Below the pieces are notes generated by a model that was given only the letters and a program-made list of their open reading frames with translations, was not told the origin of the DNA and did no database searches. 64,000 nt of DNA from Mobula hypostoma (taxonomy: Eukaryota), in NCBI RefSeq assembly GCF_963921235.1, contig NC_086097.1, forward strand, positions 214,212,001 to 214,276,000, written 5' to 3'. Position numbers and translations under genes: made by a program. The stretch's first letter is position 1. Each line of letters opens with the position of its first letter. Shown piece by piece: positions 13,912 to 24,608 of the stretch.

Positions 13912-14487
13912 AGGTTCCTCCATCGTCATCGACGAAGACCTCAACACCATTAGTACTTTTTACGAGGTCCAGTTGCTAGCTCGACGCTCAACCCAGCAGA
14001 GATGGAGAGCGTATAAGGGAGCCGGCCAGATTTGAACTCGGGAACTCTCACCCCGAAGTCCAGCGCTGATGCCACTAAGCCACCAGCCGGCTTATAGATG
14101 GTGTCGAGACCAGTGCTTAATTTGGATTTAAGTGAGGGAGAGTTGCACAGCGTCAGCCTCACTCTCTCTTCCCAATTCCCATCTGGATCCAGTGGCAAGA
14201 CAAGAGTCGAGACAGCTGGAGATGGGACTAGGCGCAGTGGATGACCAGGACATCTTCGGTGTCTTGTCAAGCTCTAGGTGTTCCACAACGATTGCAGAGA
14301 CCGCCTTCTTGACTGTTGGACCTTCCATTGGTCTCGTCTGCTCAATCTGCCGGAGGATGTCTTCACATGCTGGGATAGACAACTCTCTATCTCACCGAGG
14401 GTTTGAGACCCATTGGCTACCCTCACCTGGTTTAGCCGGCTTGTCGAAGCCATTGCCCGGGGTGTGGCCGCTATTGCATGCAAACAG
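13912..14487 (-). mobile_element. RTE-clade-derived non-autonomous element
   Basis: GC-rich segment with gagagtgaggctgac..ctcacttaaatccaa and a 3' stem-loop (acaccat/atggtgt). From memory it resembles RTE-associated short elements; not searched. Confidence 0.5.
13953..14091 (-). mobile_element. tRNA-derived SINE nested in the RTE-like element
   Basis: A box TGGCTTAGTGG (14072-14082), B box GAGTTCAAATC (14029-14039), acceptor-like pairing GCCGGCT/GGCCGGC. The anticodon stem does not pair. Short A-rich tail. Confidence 0.75.
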
Positions 14488-14559
14488 ATATTTTTTTCCA
14501 TTTAGACTATTTTTGTAACCTTACATTTGCTCAAAAAGCAAGAAAACTATGACCGCTTC

Positions 14560-14935
14560 AGATGGGCAAACAACTCTTTTTCCCTCCAAGTTAAAACATT
14601 GTAGGTTCAAGACCCATTTTGGAGACTTGAGCACATAATCCAAATTCTGATCTAATGAAAGAGTGCTGCACCATCACCGGTGCAGTATGTCCACATGAGC
14701 ACTTAACTCAAGACCCCACTTGTCCTTCTAAGTGAATGCAAAGGTCTCATAGAACAATTCAGAAGACAAAATTCTGAAAACAAACTGATGAACATTTAAT
14801 TGTTCGCCAAACATTTCTAAAACAGATTAAATGGCCATTTTCTCATCACTCTGTGCAAGAGTTTGCTACTTACAAACCACATCATAGTTTCCTACATTAT
14901 GGTACTTCTGGATGTTTTGAGGTCATAAAAATATG
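14560..14935 (+). mobile_element. Degenerate DeuSINE (SacSINE1/AmnSINE-like)
   Basis: ggttcaag...gagacttgagcacataatcca...gagtgctgcac...aaaacagatta...tttcctacatta follows the Deu-domain SINE layout as I recall it. Confidence 0.6.
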
Positions 14936-16233
14936 AAAAACACCCTTTAGCAATATTACATACCTTTTAACTTTTCACTGTCATTTTATAACTAAAAAAA
15001 AATTTAATATTTCCAACATTCTTAAATCAAATCCTTTGCAATTCGAAATTCTCTCACCTCAAAACAGTGCTCAAACTATTCCGGCACCCTCTCTCATTTG
15101 AAAAAAATCCCTTACCATCTTTGAGATCATCAACTGGACAGTTTGTCATCTGAACCAAGATGAAATTGATACATCCCCTTAGTTAACACTTCAGGGACCA
15201 TATATAGCTAATTTCTCCAACATTGCACAACAGCATTATTTAGCTTCATTTCACTACATGGAGCTTTCTTTCCAAATTCATTACTTTCTAAAATGACAGC
15301 TTAATTTAGATAGCAAACTGATGATTGGAAAGCTCTATGTAATTTGTTGAGCTGGGGATAATTATTTAATTGTGTCCTTTTTGCTGATCCAGACACATTC
15401 TTGATCAGTATGAAAAGGAGTTTTCAGATAAATAGCAATAACTGACTTGAGCCACAGAAACCAAATTCACTAAACCGCATTGGATAGATCAGAAACAAGG
15501 AGCTTATACTGAAACATAGATCGCTGCAAAATTATCACCAGAAGTTAACTCGGTACTTTTAGACTGGACGTCATTTGCAAAATGAAAACTAAACTATGCA
15601 ATGTAAATTAAAATATTTCCATGTAAGCCAGACCATATAGGGGCACAACTTCCTTCAGACACTTTGTGACAAGAAAATGCCTCCAGATTAGCTCTAAATT
15701 CTTCATTATAAATAGTTCAGGAATACACCTGTAGTACTTCTTAGATATACCAATCTGCTTCCCAGGAATACTGAAATGATAAATAGACCGTTTCGACAAA
15801 AAAAACTAAAAAGGTAAAAATTATTTTGAATACAGATTTACACCAGACTTTCAAGTACAATACTCCATAGCATTGTAATCTGTGGTGATAAAGCAAATGC
15901 TGCAATTGAGCAAGTCATCTGAAAGACAACATTAAATAATCAAATTTGGCTCTTTTTAAGCCATCAGCTTTAATCTAATACATGTCTGAAAATGCAAGCC
16001 TAATTTGCATACTGCCAGCTAGTCACAACTTAATAGGAAATGGGCCTATTACTATTCAGCAAAAAACAGCATTGACATTATAAACTTAAAAGAAATGTAT
16101 TAATTTCTCAACCACACATTATAATACCAGAGTACAAGTCTAACATTCTTGTGTTCTAAAACATAATAGTTGTACACAAGGATCAAAGCCACAAAATATC
16201 CACTGTACTTGCACACAAAATTTAAAATGTTAC

Positions 16234-16249
16234 CTGAAACATCTGCCAT
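16234..16249 (-). CDS. ASPH: Junctin-type alternative first coding exon (exon 1a), MADVS(D)
   Basis: accATGGCAGATGTTTCAG|gtaaca: strong Kozak context, 16 coding nt ending in phase 1, splices in frame to 4385 to give MADVSDKHG. This parallels mammalian junctin MAEDK|ETKHG. Sits in a TE-free stretch. Confidence 0.88.
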
Positions 16250-16379
16250 GGTATCAGTCATTTATTTTCCATAAAGTAGCAGGCCACACATTACTAAATT
16301 TAATCATGAAGAAAAGCAAATCGAAATGCACAACTATGGAACTGAGACTCCAGCCACAGAGGAGAAGTCGAGAGCTAAC

Positions 16380-16510
16380 TCAGCTATAACCCGATATGAG
16401 ACCAGCCTGCAGAATCTGCGAGCAGAGTATTTTTAGGTTTGTTTTCCCCGTGAGTCCGTTTCAAGCACTCATATGGAAATAGTCCTCACTGAATGACAAC
16501 TATTTGGCAT
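16380..16510 (-). promoter_or_regulatory. Putative muscle P2 promoter of junctin exon 1a with MEF2-like site
   Basis: CTAAAAATAC on the minus strand at 16427-16436 (one mismatch from YTA(A/T)4TAR) and E-box CATATG at 16470-16475, about 180-220 nt upstream of the ATG. The mammalian ASPH P2 promoter is known to be MEF2-dependent. Confidence 0.5.
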
Positions 16511-16699
16511 CAAACTTGTCCAAGTTATCCAAGCAAAAGTCATCACTAATATTCACCCACTGTCCAATGATAGGTACTGCTCTGAGAACAAAAGAATAAA
16601 ATGTGCCATTATTTTTCCCAGTACTGTATCTCTTAATAAATCATTCAAAAGCTATTCGATCGCAAGATATCATTAACAAAAACAAGTGGCTGAACAATT

Positions 16700-17185
16700 T
16701 TAAATACAAGATTCTGCAGATGCTAGAAATCCAGTGCAACACAAATAAAATACTCAAAGAACTCAACAGGCCAGGCAGCATCTGTGGAAATGAATAAACA
16801 GTCACATTTCAAGTCGAGACCTTTCTTCAGGACTGGAAAGCAAGGGGGAAGACAAAGGAAGCCAGACTAAGGTGGTGGAGTGAGGGTGGGGGGGGGTGGA
16901 GAAAAAGAGTACAAACTAGAAGGTGATAGGTGAAGCCAGGTGGTGGGTGGTGGGGGGGGGGTGAATGAAGAAGCTAGGAGGTACTGGGTGGAAAAGATGA
17001 AAGGCTGGAGAAGAAAGAATCTGATAGGAGGCGAGTGGACCATGACAGAAAGGGAAGGAGGGGCACCAGGGGGAGCTGATAGGCAGGTAAGCGGGGGGGG
17101 GCAAGAGAAGAGGAAAGGGCGCCAGAGTGGGGAATTAAAAACGAGGCCCGAGTAGGAAGAAAACTACCAGAAGTTGGAGAAATCA
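16700..17185 (-). mobile_element. Penelope-like terminal repeat fragment with degenerate hammerhead
   Basis: Homologous to 54350-54720. Minus strand reads agtcCTGAAGAaaggtctcgacttGAAAtgtgact at about 16799-16836. Confidence 0.7.
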
Positions 17186-19110
17186 AGAAAATCCACACCA
17201 GTACTTAAACCCCCACATTTAACAGTTCATTCGCCATCATACCAGAATAGCCATCTTCCTCTACTAGCATAGTGAAAAGAACTACCATTTACAAGCTTTT
17301 CCCATCATCCCCAAAATCTGAATTTTTCAGGAATGGAGATATAACACATTGTGCTAAACACAAGATACTGGTAGAACTCAGTGGGTCAGCAGCATCTATG
17401 GAAGTAAATGCATTGGGTGCAGGCACTTCATTCTAGTTCCTCCAGCATCCTGAGATGATTCTGTGGAATTCCAGATTTCAGCATCTGCAGTCTCTTGAGC
17501 CTTCAAGCAAGATTTTTGTGTGTGCGCATTTTTTAAAATTAAAATTCCCCCCTCCTATCGCTAACTAGAGCATCAAACACTCTACCGGCTTAAAATGTGA
17601 CAATCATATTTATTTAGTAGCATTCTGTTTAAATTGCTTATTATGCGGTTTTCACAGTAGGAACAAATATACAACAATTGCTGTACAAACAGGACTCTGA
17701 CCTCACAGTCTCTGCCACCCTCCCAAAACACTCAGTACAGTAAAGCTTTTCTATGAAACTCAGTAAACTTGAAAAATATAAAACCTCATCTTTCAATTGA
17801 ACACTTTACAATATTTCCCCAACAGACTGCTGGTAATTTCTTACCTTTATAAATTAGAACAAGCCCACTTGGCCCATCAAGTTAATACTATCACCCCCAT
17901 TTTACCATTTATATCTCTGTAATCCTATCATTTTGAACTCCACTTTGATTTCCCTATCACACACCTATACCACACTCAGCTCACAGAAGCCAATTAAGTC
18001 TACAAACCAGTGCATCTTAGGAAACTAAAAGAAAATTCGAAGCATTCAGTGGAAAATTCAAGCAGCCACAGAAAGAAGGTGAAAACTCCATAAAATCAGC
18101 ACTGGAGGACTAGACGGAACACAAATCAAGCACCAGGAGCCAACAGCACAATATGATATTTATACAGCTCTTCCAAACAAATTGTTTCTTTACTTGTGAA
18201 ACTTGATCATCTTTAAACCCATCTAAAACCAACCCTTTTGTTTCCTCACTTTCCAAATCATAAAAACTTATAAAACTTTCCAGTTCTAATAAAAGATGAG
18301 CAACAGCAATCATATTGCCTTGACACAAAAGCTGCCTAATATGGCACTTCTGCAATCTTGTTTATATTAGAGAATTCCTTCATGATTCCTACAGAACAAT
18401 GTGAATATCTCAAAAGTACTGTACAGCTTGCAAAACATTTTGGGATATCCCAAAATGATGAGGTGGGCAATATTTCAAAACTACAATCAAAGCTGAGCTT
18501 TTAGTGTCTCAACTGAAAGCAAATTTCAAATAATCTCCAAAAATCTGATTTCCAGCCACAATCTACCCTCAACCACCTAGACTTTTATACCTTTTCATCA
18601 GTTCTTTCCTTTTTGGCAAAGAGACCAGATGCATCAAAATGACCATTTCAACTTCTGAGTCATGATGCAGAGAGAATGGGTGTTTGATGTTTAATAAAAT
18701 AACACAAATGGCTATTGGACCAACACAATAGTTCTATAAATGGACTTTTAAAAAAATCACGTAACAGGCTGATTAGTAAAACTACAGGAGAGGAAGCAGA
18801 ATGGTGACAAACAGTGATTTCTGCACTCTGGGATGTATTCTGCAAGCTTCAGCATGACTGCTGGATACAAAAACAATGATTACTACTTATGGTAAAACTT
18901 AAAAGTTTGGGTATTTGAATTGTACTATTTGCGAACATAAGACTGATCATTGTTATCAACTCAGGATGAAAAACAATATAACAGGCCAAATTGGAAGGGG
19001 TACAACTTGGAAGAAAAAGATTTTAAAAGGGATGCAGGAACAGAGACACTCAAGCATATATCTAGTATAAACCTTTGATCCATATGAAAAGCCTTCTGGT
19101 AAAAGTATTA

Positions 19111-19331
19111 CACAAAATGCTGGAGGAACTCAGCAGGGCAGGCAGCACCTATGGAAAAGAGAAACCAGTCGACGTTTCAGGCCGGGACCCTTCATCAAGG
19201 ATCAGGATCCTGATGAAGGGTCTCGGCCCAAAATGTCCACTTTACTCTTTTCCACGTGTACTGCCTGGCCTGCTGAGTTCCTTGAGCATTTTATGTGTGT
19301 TGTTTGGATTTCCAGCATCTGCAGGTTTGTA
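19111..19331. mobile_element. Penelope-derived hairpin insertion
   Basis: Inverted arms, perfect 12-bp TSD GTAAAAGTATTA (19099-19110, 19332-19343), and two mutated hammerhead cores back to back at the centre. Confidence 0.82.
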
Positions 19332-19899
19332 GTAAAAGTATTATTTTGTATTTATACTATTTATTTAGCTTATGGTTATGCTAACCTGGGAAAATGTGGT
19401 CAGGTCCCAGCAGGACCATCAAGTGCAAAACTGCACCTCATGTTTCAGGACATCAGGAGAAGATGTAACCTGATCTAGCTGAGGAAAGGCTCCGTTCTGT
19501 AGATACATTAGAGAATTTGGATCTGTTCTCACTGAGCAAACAGATCATTAAAGGAGATAGGAGTTTAAAATTATTCTAGACAAGTAAATGAGGAAAACCT
19601 TTTCCAGTCAAAATAATGAAAGTACTCAGCAATTGTGATAAACATTATGCTAATGGCCTCTCATTCACTGGTTAGTTGTCAAAATCCAAATTCAGTTAGT
19701 TCTCAAGTGCACAAGTAGTGCATGCAGAGATGCAATGAAAGGCTTACCTGCAACAGCATCGTAGGTACATAGTATTACAAGTACCATTCACAAGAAAAAC
19801 ATTAATTATACTTTTTAAACAATTAAGAACACAATTAGAACAAAAAAAAGTAATTTTAGTGCTAAGTGGTCATAATGATGCCATACTTGAGGCCTGCTT

Positions 19900-22800
19900 T
19901 CAGGCTGTTCTACAACAACTGTCGAACACAAAACCACCAGCAGCATCAAGGGCATGTATTCAGAAAGGTGGCAGGAGGAGGCCAGCAACATTGAGAAAGA
20001 TCCCACCCACACTTTTCATGGACTGTTTGTCCCACTCCCTTCAGGGAGGATATGCAGCATCCATGCCAGGACCACCAGGCTCAAAAACAGTTACTTTCCC
20101 CAAGCAGCAAGGCTGATCAACACCTCCACCTACTAACACACCACACCCCCACCTCTTCTACTTCGTGCCGGTTGATTCAAGAACTAAATGGTTTGAGGGA
20201 AGTTCAAAGTAGATACGTCACCCATAAATAACTCTGAGATTTTAATAGAATCAATGGAAGATCGCACCCAAGAGGATGAATAAACAACCAATGAGAAAAA
20301 GATAAACAGTGCAAATACAAATTAGGAATATAAAATAATAATGAATAAATAAGCAATAAATTTCAAGAACAAGATGAGGAGTCTTTGAAAGTGAGCACGT
20401 AGGTTGTGGGAGTAGTTCGGTAATAACAAGTTAAGTTTTCCCACACTAGTTCAACAGCCGGATGGTTAATAACTGCTCCTGAACCTGGTGGTGGTGGTAC
20501 TAAGGCTCCCGTACCTTCTGCCTGATGGCAGCAGAGAGGAGAATGCCCTGTGTAGTGGGGGTCCTTGATGATGGATGCTGCTTTCCTGTGGCAGCACTCC
20601 ATGTAGATGTCCTCAAATGGCAAGGAGGGTCTAGCCATGAAAGACTTGGCCGTATCCACTACTTTTTGTAGGATGTTCCATTCAAGGGCATTGGTGTTTC
20701 CATACCAGGCTGGGATGCAGCCTGTCAATATACTATCCACCATACATCAATAGAAGTTTGTCAAAGTTTTTGAAGTCATGCTGAATCTTCGCAAACTCCA
20801 AAGAAAGTAGAGGCACTGTTGTGCTTTCTTCAATAATTAAGTATGCAAAGATGCATACACCAGGATGTTTTTTTATCGATAATAACTTGGCATTAACACC
20901 ATCATCCCCTCAAAACTAATCAGTTAACTCCAAGACCAGGGACACAATACCCCCTTGTGCAATTAGATCATGGATTTCCTCACTTGTAGACCTCAGTCAG
21001 TTCGAATAGACAAAAACATCTCCTCCACCATCTCCATCAGCACAGGAGCTCCACAGGGATGTGTACTTAGCTCACTGCTCTACACCTATGACTGTTTAGC
21101 TAAGTACAGCTCCAACACCATATTCAAGTTTGCTGATGACACCACTGTTATGGGCTCTACGAAAGGTGATGATGAATCAGCATACAGGAGTAAGACTGAA
21201 AATTTGGCTGAGTGGTGTAATAACAACAACCTCTCAACTCAATATCAATAAGTCCAAAGAACTGATAGAAGACTTCAGGAGAGGGAAACCAGAAGTCCAT
21301 GAGCCAGTAATCATCAGAGGATCAAAACCTTTAAATTCCTGGGTGTCACGTTCTCAGAAGACCTGTCCTGGACCATCACATAAACATAATTGCGAAGAAA
21401 GCACAACAGCGCCTCTACATCCTCAGGAGTCTGCGGAGATTCAGCATCTCATCCAAAAACCTTGGCAAACTTCTATAGATGTGTGGTGGAAAGCGAGCCG
21501 ACTGGCTGCATTACGGCCTGGTATGGGAACACCAATGCCTTTTGAGTGGAAAATCCTACAAAAGGTGGTGAATTCGGCCTGGTACTTCACAGGTAAAACC
21601 CCTCCCAACCATTGAGCACATCTACATCAAACATTGCCATAGAAAAGCAACATCGAAGATCCTCACCACCCAGTCCATGGTCTTTTCTCACTGCTGCCAT
21701 CAGGCAGAAGCCACAAGTGCTTCAGGACTCACTCCACCAGATTCAAGAACAGTTACTACCCCTCAATTATCAGGCTCTTGAACAAAGGGGATAGCTACAC
21801 TCATTTAAGGACTCTTATCTTGTTATTTCATGCTTGTTATTTATTTATTATCTGCATTTGCAGAGTTTGTTTACAGTTCCTGATGTTTAGTTACTGTTCT
21901 ATAAAATGGTTAAATACTCCGCAGAAAAAGAATCTCAGGATTGTATGCGATGACATGTTTGTACTCTGATAATAAATTTTACTTTGAACTGTGAATAATT
22001 GCATTTTATGTGCTGGGGCAGGACATGACAACACCAAGGAATTTAAAGTTGCTGTCCCTCTCAATCTTTGAATCTCCACTGAGGAATGACTCATAGACCT
22101 CCGGTTTCTTCCTCCTGACGTCAATAATCAGTTCCTTGTTCGTGCTGATATTGAGTGACAGGTTGTTGCTGTGCACCCGTCAGCCAAATTTTCCAATCTC
22201 CCTCTTTATATTGATTTGGCACCACCTTTGATCAGAATCAGAATTATTATCACCGGCATGTGATGTGAAATTTGTTAACTTAGCAGCAGCAGTTCAATGC
22301 AATATATAATAGAGAAAAGAGGAAAAAGAAGTAAACTGATTACAGTAAATGTATACTGAATAGATTTAAAAACATGCAAAAAACAGAAATAGTCCATTAT
22401 TAAAAAAAGAGTGAGCTAGTGTCCAAGGGTTCAATGCTTATTTAGGAATCAGACGGCAGAGGGGAAGAAGCTGTTCCTGAATTGCTGAGTGTGTGCCTTC
22501 AGGCTTCAGGCTTCTGTACCTCCTACCTGATGGTAACAGTGAGGCATGCCCTGGGCACTGGAGGTCCTTAATAATGGACTCTGCCTTTCTGAGACACCGC
22601 TCCTTGAAGATGTCCTGGGTACTTTGTAGGCTAGTGCCCAAGATGGAGCTGACTAGATTTACCACCTTCTGCAGCTTCTTTCGGTCCTGTGCAGTAGCCC
22701 CTCCATACCAGACAGTGATGCAGCCTGTCAGAATGCTCTCCACGGTACAACTATAGAAGTTTTTGAGTGTATCTGTTGACATGCCAAATCTCTCCAAACT

Positions 22801-23640
22801 CCTAATGAAGTATAGCCACTGTCTTGCCTTCTTTATAACTACATCGATATGTTGGGACCAGGTTAGATCCTCAGAGGTCTTGATACCCAGGAACTCGAAA
22901 TTGCTCACTCTCTCCACTTCTGATCCCTCTATGAGGATTGGTACGTGTTCCTTCATCTTACCCTTCCTGAAGTCCACGATCAGCTCTTTCGTCGGACTGA
23001 CGTTGAGTGCCAGGTTGTTGCTGTGGCACCACTCCACTAGTTGGCATATCTCACTCCTGTACGCCCTCTCGTCTCTACCTGAGATTCTACCAACAATGGT
23101 GGTATCGTCAGCAAATTTATAGATGTTGTTTTAGCTATGCCTAGCCACACAGTCATGTGTATATAGAGAGTAGAGCAGTGGGCTAAGCACACACCCCTGG
23201 GGTGCACCAGTGTTGATCGTCAGTGAGGAGAATATGTATCACCAATCCGCACAGATTGTGGTCTTCCGGTTAGGATCCAATTGCAGAGGGAGGTACAGAG
23301 GCCCAGGTTCTGCAACTTCTGAATCAAGACTGTGGGAATGATGGTATTAAATGCTGAGCTATAACAACGGTGTCACCAGCAAACTTAAAATATGGCATTG
23401 GAGTGGTGCTTATCTCCAGTCACAAAGCAAGCAGAGCAGGGGGCGAAGCACACAGCCTTTTGGTGCACCTGTGCTAACGGACATTGTGAAGGAGATGTTG
23501 CCAATCCGAACCGACTGGGGTCTGCAAGTGAGGAAATCCTAGATGCAGCTGCACAATGGAGGTAATGAGGCCAAGGTCTTAAAGCTTATTGATTAGTTTT
23601 GAGGGAATGATGGTATTGAATGCCGAGCTGTAGTCAATAA
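19900..23640. mobile_element. Cluster of Rex1/Babar-like LINE fragments (both strands)
   Basis: [14 protein letters not shown] (20970-21251, +) and EWCHSNNLALNV..FLGI..KKARQWLYF (22438-23037, -), with (tctga)n-type tails. Confidence 0.8.
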
Positions 23641-24587
23641 AGGTTATCATGCCTCTTTCGGGAAAGGGTTTTTAAGTTGGTGCAGAACATTCAAATATCT
23701 TAGTTCAGTAATAGTAATTGAAAAATAAATTAATAGCTTGGATATGCAAATTAGTCAAGGAAGATCTATAGTTATAAAGTCATACATAACATGAAAAGAC
23801 CCTTTGGCTTATGCAATCCAACATCTAATAGCAGAGATCTTAAAATCCAAGGAAGATCACAGTCCAGATTGCTGACGAAAGAAATGGACGAAGAAATGGA
23901 TGTAGTTTTCTCTCTTTCCATACTTGGCTAGTAACATTTGAAACACATCAGGCAGCAATAATTAATAATTCACTTAACAGAAAACACTGAGCAATGCACT
24001 AACTGCACTCAAGTTGAAATTTTATTTTTAATATACAGTGGAATCATGAAAAAACAAAGAAAATTAAACATGGAAACACAAAAGACTGCAGATACTAGAA
24101 TCTGGAGCAAAAAACGAGTGAGCTGCTGGAGGAACTCAGTGGATGAAGCTGCCTCAGCAGAGGGAAACGGACAGACAATTGTCCAGGTCTCGCTACAGAT
24201 GCTGCCCAACACATCAAGTTCTTCCAGCAGTTCAATTTTACATACCAAATTTTTATCCTATAAAAATTGTAAACAGGTAATTGTACTAAAAAAAACTGAA
24301 TCACTACCCATATGCCTTTTCCAAAAATCTGTATAGTATTCAAAAATTATTTAAGAATGCATTCATGCAAAATTCAGTACAAAATATACCTGGCTTAAAA
24401 TCTCGATTAAGTTCATGAATTAAAACAAATACCATCTTCACAACAACCAAAATATTAGCAATGCTACACAAAAAAAAAACAAAGCAAAGAAACTTGAAAA
24501 TAAAAATAAGACATCACATCATGTTTCAGTTAGTTAACAGAACAATTTCATAACAAACGCTTGCATTTCAGTTCAAACAGGTCTTAC

Positions 24588-24608
24588 TTGTGCAGGACTT
24601 GCAAGGTG
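24588..24608 (-). CDS. ASPH: Candidate 21-nt ASPH microexon, (A)PCKSCT(N)
   Basis: Long polypyrimidine tract ...ctgttgctgtgctttttctctccctgttttctcag|CACCTTGCAAGTCCTGCACAA|gtaaga. Length is a multiple of 3, it is open in phase 1-1, and TGCATG lies upstream (24656-24661). Confidence 0.6.

Noticed and set aside
14021..14091. Possible tRNA gene
   Set aside because: A/B boxes and the acceptor stem are present, but the anticodon stem does not pair and a SINE-like tail follows. Treated as a SINE head.
14405..14475. Possible HDV-like ribozyme at the 5' end of the RTE-like element
   Set aside because: I could fold only simple hairpins (ggctt/aagcc, gcta/tagc), not the nested double pseudoknot.
12425..17860. 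Isolated strong minus-strand donors (GTAAGT at about 12430, AAG|GTAAGA at about 17842)
   Set aside because: No matching polypyrimidine tract or acceptor upstream and no recognisable peptide.
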